A stretch of 64,000 nt of DNA from positions 5,510-69,509 of the forward strand of contig DATFKK010000036.1 in assembly GCA_035268685.1 (NCBI GenBank), given 5' to 3'. The position numbers were made by a program, and so were the translations under genes. Source of the DNA: Candidatus Krumholzibacteriia bacterium. GTDB lineage: Bacteria; Krumholzibacteriota; Krumholzibacteriia; JAJRXK01. A model generated the notes under the pieces. It was not told the origin of the DNA. It was given only the letters and a program-made list of their open reading frames with translations, and searched no databases. Shown here piece by piece: positions 48,984-58,206 of this stretch (the first letter of the stretch is position 1; each line of letters opens with the position of its first letter).

Positions 48984-49754
48984 ATGATCCGCACCATGCT
49001 CGAACTCACGGACTTCGAACTCCGAGCTGCCGACGGCCCCCTGGGCCCGCTGCAGGACCTGTACTTCGAAGATGTGGAGTGGGTCGTTCGTTACCTCACC
49101 GCCGACGTCTCGGCATGGTTGCCCGGACTGACCGTCCTGCTGGCTCCTTCTGCACTCGACTCCGTCGACCGTGAACACCGCACCATGCGGACCCGCTTCG
49201 ATCGGCGGCAGATGCAGAACAGCCCGACGGCGATCGAGGACGACGCGGTCTCGAAGCGCAACATGGAACACGTGGGGGATCCCACCTGGCAGCCCTTCTG
49301 GTTGACGACCTCGAGCCAGCTCGGTGCCACCGCGCCGATCACCCCGCTGCGGTCCGGGGTCTCCGGGGAGAAGACCGGCGAGACCGGGAGCGGCGCCGAC
49401 CTGCGGAGCGCGCAGGAACTGCTGGGGTACGCCGTCGAATGCGAAGGACAGCGGGTCGGAAGAGTGTCGGATCTCGCCTACGACGACGAGACCTGGAAGA
49501 TCCAGTACCTCGTGGTGGACACCGTGGCCCCGGCCGAGGAACGCCGGATCCTGATTGCCCCGGACTGGACGGAAGCGATCGACTGGGTCGAGCCGGTGGT
49601 CCGCCTGGACCTCGACTGCGAAGCAGTGGGCCGGGCACCGGGCTTCGAGGCCTCCACCCGCGTCGACGAGGCGTACCGCCGTCGGCTGCTCGAACACTAC
49701 GGACGCACCGCGTCCCGACTCCACGAAACCCGACCCGCGGAGGGATCGCCATGA
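48984..49754 (+). CDS. PRC-barrel domain protein (two PRC-like beta-barrel repeats).
   Basis: Start taken at MIRTMLELTDFELRAADGPLGPLQDLYFED. The same pattern recurs as LLGYAVECEGQRVGRVSDLAYDDETWKIQYLVVD. Confidence 0.55.
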   Translation: MIRTMLELTDFELRAADGPLGPLQDLYFEDVEWVVRYLTADVSAWLPGLTVLLAPSALDSVDREHRTMRTRFDRRQMQNSPTAIEDDAVSKRNMEHVGDPTWQPFWLTTSSQLGATAPITPLRSGVSGEKTGETGSGADLRSAQELLGYAVECEGQRVGRVSDLAYDDETWKIQYLVVDTVAPAEERRILIAPDWTEAIDWVEPVVRLDLDCEAVGRAPGFEASTRVDEAYRRRLLEHYGRTASRLHETRPAEGSP

Positions 49755-50128
49755 ACCCCGAGCGCACCGACACGAGCATCAAGAAGGTCGACGCCTCGCA
49801 CTCGCCACAGGGCACGATGGGACAGCGCCACCTGGTCACGGGCAAGTCCATGTCGATGCGGCTGTGGGACGAGCTGCCTCCCACCACGTCGAAGGAGCCA
49901 CGCCGCCGCGACTACGAGACCGTCGGCTTCGTGGTCGCTGGGCGCGCCGAACTCGAGATCGAAGGACAGGTCGCGATCCTCGAGCCGGGCGACAGCTGGG
50001 TGATCCCGGCCGGTGCCGAGCACACCTACCGGGTCCTCGAGACCTTCACCGCGGTCGAGGCGACGTCTCCGCCGGCCGAGATCCACGCCCGTGACGAGGA
50101 CCCCGACACGGGGCCGCGTGGATCGTGA
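49751..50128 (+). CDS. Cupin-domain protein.
   Basis: ATG 49751 overlaps the upstream gene's TGA (ATGA), with GGAGGG upstream. Small beta-barrel motif GDSWVIPAGAEHTY. Confidence 0.65.
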   Translation: MNPERTDTSIKKVDASHSPQGTMGQRHLVTGKSMSMRLWDELPPTTSKEPRRRDYETVGFVVAGRAELEIEGQVAILEPGDSWVIPAGAEHTYRVLETFTAVEATSPPAEIHARDEDPDTGPRGS

Positions 50129-50730
50129 TCGATCCCGCACCCGACGTCGACCACCCCACGCTGCGGGAGCGCTGGGACGAACTGAAGGCGAATGGCGACC
50201 GCGCCGTCGCGATCGCGGGATCGCTCACCCCCTCGCAGTTGTGGGAACGCCCCCGGCCGAAACGATGGTCGGTCGGCGAGTGTCTCGACCATCTCGTCCG
50301 CGCCGGCGACGCCTACCTGGAGGTGATCGACGAAGCGGTCACCCACGCGCGCCCCGCCGAACACGCCGACGCCGCACGGAAGCCTCAACCGAACGTCCTC
50401 GAGCGGATCCTCCTGCACGGGCTGGAGCCCCCGGCCCGGCTGCGGATCCCGGCACCGGCCCGGATCCGCCCTCGGCGACCCCACTCCGCGGTCGAACCGG
50501 CCCGATCCGAGAACGACGACCCCACCGACCCGCGCGTACGGTTCCAGGAGAAACGGCAGGACTACGCCCGCCGACTCGAGGCGGCGGAGGGACTCGACCT
50601 CGGTGCGGTCGATGTCCGGTCTCCCTTCGTTCCGGTCGTCCGTATCTCGTTGGACACCGCCTTCCGGATCGTGTGCGGCCACGAGCGCCGGCACCTGGAG
50701 CAGGCGGAGAAGGCGCTCGAAGGAAACTGA
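50125..50730 (+). CDS. DinB/YfiT-like (DinB_2 superfamily) four-helix-bundle metal-binding protein.
   Basis: Its start overlaps the cupin gene's stop. GECLDHLVRAGDAYLE and CGHERRHLEQAEKAL His-containing motifs. Confidence 0.6.
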   Translation: MIDPAPDVDHPTLRERWDELKANGDRAVAIAGSLTPSQLWERPRPKRWSVGECLDHLVRAGDAYLEVIDEAVTHARPAEHADAARKPQPNVLERILLHGLEPPARLRIPAPARIRPRRPHSAVEPARSENDDPTDPRVRFQEKRQDYARRLEAAEGLDLGAVDVRSPFVPVVRISLDTAFRIVCGHERRHLEQAEKALEGN

Positions 50731-50782
50731 TCGCCACTCTTCGAGCTGGTCAGGAGACGAACGATCGTCGTACAGTCGCATC

Positions 50783-51478
50783 ATGAACGGCCCTCGAACC
50801 TCCGGAGTCGTCGTGTTCCGACTGTGCCTGTCGCTCGTCGTCGGCCTTCTCCTGGCCACACCGGACGGAGCGCGTGCGGTCGAGGTGCGTCTCGGACTGA
50901 CCGGCTCCGTCCACGCGAGCAGCAGCGCGGCCACCTCCGCCAACGTGGCGACCGAAGAGATCGACACCACGGTGCCCGCACTGGGCACCGAGCTCCGCGT
51001 GCGACTCCCCTATGGTCTGCGCGTCGGGGGCCACTACGCCCACCACCGACGGACCGTCGGCGGAATCTACGACAGCGCGTTCGGAGCGGGAGACGTGGAG
51101 TTCGATCTCGACGCCGACGAGTTCGGTGTCTTCGCCGAGGCCCACCTGAGACTGGCCCCGTGGTCGTGGGAGGATCCCTTCGTCGGGATCGGCCTCGGCT
51201 ACGTGCGCCTGGTCACCGACGGACGCCTCCGTTTCACGTCACGGATCACCTCCACCGACCCTCTCGACGTCTCGATCGACCTGGCACGGTTGTACGGGGT
51301 CGGGGGGGTCGACCTCACCGATCGACTGGGACTGATCCTGCGCGCGGGCTACACCTTCGGCGACGAGCGAACGTTGGGCACCGCGGTGCTGCAACGGATC
51401 ACCGGCGGGCCGGCCGCGGCCACGTGGGATCACGAGGGGCTGTACGGGTCGGCCGGTCTGGTCGTCGTGGTCCACTGA
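50783..51478 (+). CDS. Hypothetical outer-membrane beta-barrel protein.
   Basis: Trimmed to MNGPRTSGVVVFRLCLSLVVGLLLATPDGARA, followed by amphipathic beta-strands. Confidence 0.5.
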   Translation: MNGPRTSGVVVFRLCLSLVVGLLLATPDGARAVEVRLGLTGSVHASSSAATSANVATEEIDTTVPALGTELRVRLPYGLRVGGHYAHHRRTVGGIYDSAFGAGDVEFDLDADEFGVFAEAHLRLAPWSWEDPFVGIGLGYVRLVTDGRLRFTSRITSTDPLDVSIDLARLYGVGGVDLTDRLGLILRAGYTFGDERTLGTAVLQRITGGPAAATWDHEGLYGSAGLVVVVH

Positions 51479-51653
51479 CCGCTGCGGCTCCAAAGCCGTG
51501 AGGTCGACTCGCGCGGTACATCGAATTCGTGAATCACCCTCCCTCGCCCCGGAGCGAGGGAATATCCTGTCGGTGTCCTTTCTCCCAGGGTGTCGACGTA
51601 CGCCCTGATCCGTTCGCATCAGCGACCGGCGACCTACCACCGAGGACGGCGCC

Positions 51654-52997
51654 ATGGACGCGACACGGCTGCAGAAGTTCTTGTCCGACTCCGCGCGGAC
51701 GGCCACGCGCAACGAGATCCGCGAACTCCTCAAGCTGATCGCCAAACCCGACATGATCAGCCTCGCCGGCGGGTTGCCCGCCCCGGCGAGTTTTCCCGTG
51801 CCGGAGCTGAAGGAGGTCACCCAGCGTGTCCTCGACGAGTTCGGTCCGGCGGCCCTGCAGTACGGGCCCACGGAGGGCGACGTCGGACTCCGCGAAGAGC
51901 TCATCGGTCTGATGGAGGCCGACGGCTGCGAGAACGTCGCGCTCGAGAACGTGCTGGTGACCACGGCCAGCCAGCAGGCGCTCGACCTGTGTTCACGTGT
52001 GTTCATCGCGCCGGGAGACACGGTCGTGTGCGGATTGCCCAGTTACCTGGGCGCACTCGGTGCCTTCGTCGCCTGCGGCGCGCGCCTCAGCGGTGTCCCT
52101 CTCGACGACGAGGGGATGCGCACCGACCTGCTCGAGCACCGTCTCCTCACACTTCGGCGTGAGGGCGTGCATCCGAAGTTCCTGTACCTGGTGCCGGACT
52201 TCCAGAACCCGGCGGGGGTCACGCTGAGCGTCGAACGACGCCACGAGGTCCTTTCCATCGCCCGCGAGTTCGACCTGCTCATCGTCGAGGACAATCCGTA
52301 CCGGCAGTTGCGCTACATCGGCGAAACGCCCCCGGCCCTCGGGGCACTCGACCGCGACGGGCGTGTGATCACGCTCTACAGCTTCTCCAAGGTCTTCTGC
52401 CCCGGACTGCGCCTGGGATACGTGCTGGCCCACCCCGAGGTGATCCAACGCCTGGTCATGGCCAAACAACCGGTGGACCTGTGCACGAGCAGCTTCAATC
52501 AGATCATCGCCCGCGAGTACGTGAAGGGCGGGCACCTGTGGCCGCGTCTGGAACGCACACGCGAACTCTACGCCCGCAAGCGCGAGATCATGCTGACCGC
52601 GCTGTCCGAGCACGTCGATCCCGACTGGGGCGTCCGCTGGACCAACCCCGAGGGTGGCATGTTCCTGTGGATGACGCTTCCCAAGCACCTCGACGCGCGA
52701 GATCTGTTCCGCCTCGCGCTCGAGCGCAACGTGGCCTTCGTGATCGGCAACGCTTTCTACTGCGACAGCGGCGGCCACAACACGCTACGGCTGAACTTCT
52801 CGTACCCGAGCGAGGACCAGCTCGTGATCGCGGTCAAGCGACTGAGCGACGCCATCGACCAGTTGATCACCGACAACCCGGCCCCGAAGGCCGACACCGC
52901 CGAGGTGCGTGGATTCAGCGAAGGTCTGACCACCGGCAGCGATCACGCCCTCACGCATCTTCCACTGAATCTCGCGCTGCACGAAGTGCTCGAGTAG
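51654..52997 (+). CDS. PLP-dependent aminotransferase, class I/II fold (2-aminoadipate / aromatic aminotransferase-like, MocR-type catalytic domain without HTH).
   Basis: LAGGLPAPASFP, YLVPDFQNPAGVTLS and catalytic-Lys region YSFSKVFCPGLRLGYV. Confidence 0.85.
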   Translation: MDATRLQKFLSDSARTATRNEIRELLKLIAKPDMISLAGGLPAPASFPVPELKEVTQRVLDEFGPAALQYGPTEGDVGLREELIGLMEADGCENVALENVLVTTASQQALDLCSRVFIAPGDTVVCGLPSYLGALGAFVACGARLSGVPLDDEGMRTDLLEHRLLTLRREGVHPKFLYLVPDFQNPAGVTLSVERRHEVLSIAREFDLLIVEDNPYRQLRYIGETPPALGALDRDGRVITLYSFSKVFCPGLRLGYVLAHPEVIQRLVMAKQPVDLCTSSFNQIIAREYVKGGHLWPRLERTRELYARKREIMLTALSEHVDPDWGVRWTNPEGGMFLWMTLPKHLDARDLFRLALERNVAFVIGNAFYCDSGGHNTLRLNFSYPSEDQLVIAVKRLSDAIDQLITDNPAPKADTAEVRGFSEGLTTGSDHALTHLPLNLALHEVLE

Positions 52998-53010
52998 AGG
53001 AGGCCGTACG

Positions 53011-53589
53011 ATGACCGACTATGACGCCGAAGGACGGCTGGCGTTCGCCATGGGACTCGAGCTGCGCGGTGAGTTCGACAAGGCCGTGCAGGCCTTCGAG
53101 GACATCGTCGAGGCGGGCGACAAGGGCGAGAACGAAGCCCTGGTACGCAAGCACCTCGGCAACCTGCACCTGCGGCAGGGCCATCTGCGACGGGCACGGG
53201 AACACCTCAACGTCGCCTGCGAACTCGAGCCGGACAACGCCACGTTCTGGCACGACCTCGGTGTGGCCCACTACTACCTGGCCGACTTCGACCAGTGCGT
53301 GCAGTGCATGCGCAAGGCCCTGGAGATCGACGGCGACCTGCAGCTCAGCTACTTCTGGCTGGGCAATGCTCTGTACCATCGGGGCGACCTCGGCGACGCC
53401 GCGGCCACCTTCCAGGAACTCCTCGATCGCTACCCGAACTTCACCATCGGCAACTTCCACCTGGGCGTGATCTACCAGCGACAAGGCAAGGAAGACGAAG
53501 CCCAGGAGCAGTTCCAGACCGTGCTGTTGAAGAATCCCGACGACGCCGCGGCCCAGCACTACGTCAACGGCAACGACGGGTCGTCCTGA
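53011..53589 (+). CDS. Tetratricopeptide-repeat protein.
   Basis: Four to five 34-residue TPR units (AHYYLADFDQCVQCMRKALEID, YFWLGNALYHRGDLGDAAATFQELLDRYP...). GAGGAGG upstream, 13 nt after the aminotransferase stop. Confidence 0.8.
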   Translation: MTDYDAEGRLAFAMGLELRGEFDKAVQAFEDIVEAGDKGENEALVRKHLGNLHLRQGHLRRAREHLNVACELEPDNATFWHDLGVAHYYLADFDQCVQCMRKALEIDGDLQLSYFWLGNALYHRGDLGDAAATFQELLDRYPNFTIGNFHLGVIYQRQGKEDEAQEQFQTVLLKNPDDAAAQHYVNGNDGSS

Positions 53590-53599
53590 GCCACGCGAT

Positions 53600-53627
53600 G
53601 CGGGCGGGTGTCCGCGCACCCGCCCGG
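53600..53627. terminator. GC-rich hairpin between convergent genes (possible bidirectional terminator).
   Basis: gggcgggtg-tccgcg-cacccgccc, a perfect 9-bp stem with 6-nt loop at 53602-53625, between a + gene end (53589) and a - gene end (53636). No U-tract. Confidence 0.4.
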
Positions 53628-53635
53628 CGTCGGCC

Positions 53636-54229
53636 TCAGTAGGCCAGCCCCACCAGAACGACGTTCACGCTGATCGCGTTCGACGAGACGTCGAAGCCAC
53701 CTTCTTCGGTACTCGGCTCGCCCCAACCGAGCGAGAGCTCCACCGCGAAGTGCGAGTGGAACTCGTAGCCCACGCCGCCGCGCAGACCGAGCCCGATCCA
53801 GGGATCGCCCGAGTCCTCCTCGAAGGGCAGGTCCCAGGTCGAGAAGCCCACCCCCATGGAGTAGTAGAAGGACGGTGCGACCGGTCGCCGGTACTGGGTC
53901 AGGGCCACGGTTCCGAGAGCGTGCGTCACGGTGACGTCGTCACCGCGGAGGTTCACGATCGAGAACCAACTGACGCGGGCGCTGTAGGCGAGCACGGTGG
54001 TCTCGTTCAATCCGGCCCCGATGACGAACCCGGTGGCGAGGGCCCCCTCCTCCTGACGCTCGGTGCTGACCGTCAGTCCCCCTCCGGAGATCTCCTGCTC
54101 GAAACTGACCAGACCTGCACCGAGGCCACCGCCGAGCACGAACCCTTCGCGCTGGCCGTCGAAGGCGAGAGAGGACGACGGGAGCGCCAGCGTCCACAGG
54201 ACGAGGAGGGCCCGGGCGACTCGGAGCAT
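53636..54229 (-). CDS. Small outer-membrane beta-barrel protein.
   Basis: Trimmed to MLRVARALLVLWTLALPSSSLA. C-terminal ...VVLVGLAY. Confidence 0.55.
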   Translation of the reverse strand: MLRVARALLVLWTLALPSSSLAFDGQREGFVLGGGLGAGLVSFEQEISGGGLTVSTERQEEGALATGFVIGAGLNETTVLAYSARVSWFSIVNLRGDDVTVTHALGTVALTQYRRPVAPSFYYSMGVGFSTWDLPFEEDSGDPWIGLGLRGGVGYEFHSHFAVELSLGWGEPSTEEGGFDVSSNAISVNVVLVGLAY

Positions 54230-54380
54230 CGCTTCATCTTCCGGTGAGAGATCGCGGCCGGAACGGATACCAGCCGATGGTCCCACCCCGAACCGCTCAC
54301 GACAACGAAAACCCATGCCTTGCCAACGACGCAGATTCGTCGTTGCTCTTCATCTGGAGCTCCCCCTCGAGGAGACGCCC

Positions 54381-55343
54381 ATGAAGGTCGGAATCGTAGG
54401 AACCGGATTCGTCGGCTCGACCGTGGCTTTCGCTCTCGTCGCGCGCGGCGTGGGCCGAGAGGTCGTCCTGGTCGACGTGAACCGAGAGCGCGCCGAAGCC
54501 GAGGCCGACGACATCCTGCACGCCGTACCCTTCGCCGAACCCCTGCAGGTCCGCGCCGGCGACTACGACGACCTGCGGGGCAGCCGCGTCGTCGTCATCG
54601 GAGCCGGCGTGGGACAGAAACCGGGCGAGACCCGCCTGCACCTGCTCGCCCGCAACGCCCGGGTCTTCCGCGACGTCGTGCCCTCGGTCCTGAGCGCAGC
54701 CCCCGACGCGCTGCTGATCATCGCCAGCAATCCGGTCGACGTGATGACCCACGTGGCATCGGAGTTCGCGGCCGATTTCGGAGTTCCGTCGCGACGTGTG
54801 ATCGGATCGGGAACCATGCTCGACACCGCACGCTTCCGGGCACTGCTCGGCCGACACCTGGGCATCGACTCCCGGCACGTGCACGCCTACGTGGTGGGCG
54901 AACACGGCGACAGCGAGGTCCTGGCGTGGTCGACGGCACGCGTCGGCGGAATCGCGCTCGACGAGTTCGTGAAGCGCCGCGGACCGGAGCTCGGCGACGA
55001 CGACCGACGTCACGTCGAAGACGCCGTTCGCAACGCCGCCTATCGGATCATCGCGGGAAAGGGCGCCACCTACTACGGGGTCGCGAGTGCACTCGCGCAT
55101 CTGACGGAAGTCGTCCTGAACGATCGCCGGGCGATCGCCACCGTGTGCACACCTCGGGCGAAGATCGCCGGGGTCGAAGACGTCACCATCTCCATGCCCC
55201 ACGTGATCGGCGGCGACGGCGTGATCGGAGCGCCGCATCCACTGCAGCTCCAGGAAGACGAGCAGCACGCACTGGAGGCGTCGGCACGGACCGTGCGCCG
55301 CGCGATCGACGATCTCCATGCCGAGGACGCGGCCGAGGCCTGA
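54381..55343 (+). CDS. ldh: L-lactate dehydrogenase (LDH/MDH family; Gln at the specificity position).
   Basis: ATG 54381 with GGAG 6 nt upstream. MKVGIVGTGFVGST Rossmann motif. GAGVGQKPGETRL loop carries Gln (LDH-type) rather than Arg (MDH-type). IASNPVD, catalytic His in GEHGDS. Confidence 0.8.
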   Translation: MKVGIVGTGFVGSTVAFALVARGVGREVVLVDVNRERAEAEADDILHAVPFAEPLQVRAGDYDDLRGSRVVVIGAGVGQKPGETRLHLLARNARVFRDVVPSVLSAAPDALLIIASNPVDVMTHVASEFAADFGVPSRRVIGSGTMLDTARFRALLGRHLGIDSRHVHAYVVGEHGDSEVLAWSTARVGGIALDEFVKRRGPELGDDDRRHVEDAVRNAAYRIIAGKGATYYGVASALAHLTEVVLNDRRAIATVCTPRAKIAGVEDVTISMPHVIGGDGVIGAPHPLQLQEDEQHALEASARTVRRAIDDLHAEDAAEA

Positions 55344-56960
55344 TCAGTTCGGGCTCCGGCGTTCCGCCATGCGCCTGCGCTCGACATGCCGCGCACCGAC
55401 GATGTCGACGAGTCGTGCGTGGCGTCCGGTGTTGAAGTCCCAGATCGTGCGCAGGCGCTCCCAGGACCACACCGGATGCCGGGTGATGACGTGCAGGATC
55501 CCCACCAGGTCCACCAGGGCATCGTCCTGCATCTGGTTCACGCCGCTCTTCAGGGTCTCCCGATAACCCTCGGGCGGTTCGCGATGGATGTGCCCGATCC
55601 GCCAGGGGCGCGCGGGATCCGGCGGAAGCCGCGACATGAGAGGATCGCCCAGGCCGTAGCGATCGATGAAGTGCACACGTGGCCCGGCGAAGAAGGCACG
55701 CATGCCGGCCGCGCTGACCACGGCGATCCCCGTGGCTCGCTGGTCGCGCGCACGTCGGCCCCAGTCGGCCCATTCGTGTGCCGGCATCTCTCCGCGGCCG
55801 CCGGCCAGCATCGGGCTGGTGCCACGGAAGTAGAAGCTACGCTCGTCGGCGATGCCGTGCCCGTCCAGGAACCGCGCGTCTTCGGGCAGGTCGAGGTAGG
55901 ACCTGGGGTCGGTTCGCAGTGGACTCGAGGGGACCAGCACCGACCAGCCCAGGGCCACGGCGAGCACCACCATCGCCCATCGCGGTCGAAAGGCGGCCCC
56001 GACGTGCAGGACCAGGACCACGGAGGCCAGGATCGGCAGCGTGAAGAAACGACCCCGCATGAAGTCACCGCCGACGTTGACCACGTACACGACGTAGGCG
56101 ACGACACCCAACGCGATCGCGATCGGCATGCCGCGGCGCGCCCGGACCGCGACGACGATTCCCCCGATCAGGGTCACGAGGGCCAACGTGTCGTGCCGCG
56201 CGAAGTTGGCGACATAGCGCAGGCCCTGGGCCCAGAGCTCGGCGCGCGGGATCCCGGCGCCGAGCTTGGCATAGGCGGTGTTCGGGAACGGGAACCCGTA
56301 ATAGAGAGTGGCGAACACCATCCACGCCACGAAGGGCGTCATTCCGAGGGCCACCGTCGCCAGCGCCCGCCGACGCGACGGCGCACGGACCACGCTCCAC
56401 ACCAGCGGCGGCGCGACGATCAGGAGCATGTCCATGCGGTTGACCATCAGCAACGCCGCCAGCACCGAGGCCAGCAGCAACCGCCGTCCGACCGGCTCAC
56501 CGCGCAACACCGCGACCAGGAACGCGGCCAGCAGGAGATGTCCGAGAGCGTTCTCCAGCCCCGAGGTCGAATAGTCCACGAACGCACGGGACGAGAGCAG
56601 CAGGCCGACCGCCGCCGCCGCCGCCCAGGCACCACGGGCCTGCAGCACCACGAGCAGCACCGCACCGATCGTCGCGACCAGACTCAGCACGAGCGAGGTG
56701 TAGTAGAACTCGCGAGTGAAGAATGCCCCGCCGGCCACCACGAGGGTCCACAGCGGATTCGTGAAGGCCTGCACCCTCTCGGCCACGTTCCAACGCAGGC
56801 CGTAGCCCTCGACGAGGTTCTCGGCCACGCGGAAGGAGATGAAGGCGTCGTCTCCCAGCCAGGCGTTGCGCCAGACCACGATCACGAAGACGACGAGGAG
56901 AAGACACACCAGTGCGACCGGCGCTCGGCGCGAGGCCGCGAGGAATTCCGGGACCATCAT
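55344..56960 (-). CDS. GT-C fold polytopic membrane glycosyltransferase (ArnT/PMT-like; family unclear).
   Basis: 538 aa with about 12 TM segments. N-proximal motif WRNAWLGDDAFISFRVAENLVEGYG with the DD/E characteristic of GT-C enzymes, and a C-terminal soluble domain. Confidence 0.55.
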   Translation of the reverse strand: MMVPEFLAASRRAPVALVCLLLVVFVIVVWRNAWLGDDAFISFRVAENLVEGYGLRWNVAERVQAFTNPLWTLVVAGGAFFTREFYYTSLVLSLVATIGAVLLVVLQARGAWAAAAAVGLLLSSRAFVDYSTSGLENALGHLLLAAFLVAVLRGEPVGRRLLLASVLAALLMVNRMDMLLIVAPPLVWSVVRAPSRRRALATVALGMTPFVAWMVFATLYYGFPFPNTAYAKLGAGIPRAELWAQGLRYVANFARHDTLALVTLIGGIVVAVRARRGMPIAIALGVVAYVVYVVNVGGDFMRGRFFTLPILASVVLVLHVGAAFRPRWAMVVLAVALGWSVLVPSSPLRTDPRSYLDLPEDARFLDGHGIADERSFYFRGTSPMLAGGRGEMPAHEWADWGRRARDQRATGIAVVSAAGMRAFFAGPRVHFIDRYGLGDPLMSRLPPDPARPWRIGHIHREPPEGYRETLKSGVNQMQDDALVDLVGILHVITRHPVWSWERLRTIWDFNTGRHARLVDIVGARHVERRRMAERRSPN

Positions 56961-57013
56961 GCCGGAAGGCTAGCACAAGCCGGCCCTCCCGGAAGGGGCA
57001 ACCTGGGCCGCCG

Positions 57014-57745
57014 TCAGGCCTCCACCGTCATCGTCCGCGGAATCGACTTCAGCGCGATCCCGATCAGATCCGCGCAGGTGCCGACGCCGAGCGTCTCGGT
57101 GTCGAGCACCATGTCGTAGGCGTGCACGTCCCGCAGGTCCTGGTGCAGGATGTGGCGCACGAGCTCGTTCTGACTGCGGTCGGCCTGCTCGATCCACAGT
57201 TCCGCCTCGCGCGCCGTGCACTTCCGCCGTTTCGCCACGTTCTCGATCCGGCGCTCCGGCGAGGCGACGAGACGGAGACAGAGCCCGTGGTCTCTCGGCA
57301 GGACGAAGTGCAGACCACGGCCGATCAGGATCACGTTGCCACGGGCCGCCAGCGCGGTCCCGATCGCCACCAGACGCTTGAGGTAGGTGTAGTGACCCGG
57401 ATAGGCGCGGTCCAACGAGAGGAACACGGCTTCGCGGAGCGAATCGTGGGGACCGCGCTCGACCCGCTCGAACGCGGCCCGGGCGATCGGACCGCCCTCG
57501 GCCATGCGCTCGAGCAACTCGCGGCCGTAGACGTCGTATCCGAGGCGCCGGGAAAGGACTTCGGCCAGTTCTCGCGCTCCCGATCCCGGCTCACGGGAAA
57601 TGGTGATCCAGGGGGAGACGGGCGGTACACGCCGACGAGGACCGAAGTCCCGGCGTTCGTCGGCGGCGCGAGCCTCGATGGCCCATTTGTTCAACTGCCG
57701 TGAAACGATGCGCTGCACGGCGGGGATCTCGAGCGAGTCGTCCAT
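57014..57745 (-). CDS. Cytidylate-kinase-like family protein (P-loop NTPase fold).
   Basis: Trimmed to MDDSLEIPAVQRIV. ITISREPGSGARELAEVLSRRLGYDVYGRELLERMAEG. Confidence 0.65.
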   Translation of the reverse strand: MDDSLEIPAVQRIVSRQLNKWAIEARAADERRDFGPRRRVPPVSPWITISREPGSGARELAEVLSRRLGYDVYGRELLERMAEGGPIARAAFERVERGPHDSLREAVFLSLDRAYPGHYTYLKRLVAIGTALAARGNVILIGRGLHFVLPRDHGLCLRLVASPERRIENVAKRRKCTAREAELWIEQADRSQNELVRHILHQDLRDVHAYDMVLDTETLGVGTCADLIGIALKSIPRTMTVEA

Positions 57746-57884
57746 GGCGAAGCCTCCGTTCGGGGCCCCGCGCCACAGCGCGGAGCGTGGAGTCCGGCTG
57801 CACCTCCAGTGTAGCACCGCCGCGGGGCCTTCCCGCTCTGATCAACCTGCACCAACCCCGTGCCGCGGCTTGCCCGCCGCCGGC

Positions 57885-58075
57885 GGAGCCGTTATGGTCC
57901 TGCCACTCGAAACCGACGCCCGGCGGGTCCAACCGGGAAGCTGGTGCGATTCCAGCGCGGCCCCGCCACTGTGACCGGCGACGGCCTCCGCACACGCCAC
58001 TGGAACACGGGTTCTGGGAAGGCGCGGAGAGCCGGCTCGAGCCGGAAGCCAGGAGACCGACCCCGGGCGTTTCCA
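57885..58075 (+). ncRNA. Cobalamin (adenosylcobalamin) riboswitch in the 5' leader of the TonB-dependent receptor.
   Basis: Core GGGAAGCTGGTGCGATTCCAGCGCGGCCCCGCCACTGTGACCGG, containing the conserved GGTGxGAxTCC element and the B12 box GCCACTG (57965-57971). About 130 nt before the receptor ATG. Confidence 0.6.
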
Positions 58076-58206
58076 CCTGGTCCTTCGGGGGAAGGAAGGG
58101 TGGGTTTCGCGCACGCGGAGGTGGGCACTCCCACCGGCCGTCACCCCTGCTGCGCGCGACCGACCGTACCGACCTACCGGGACGCAACCTCCGGCGGTGA
58201 TGGGCC

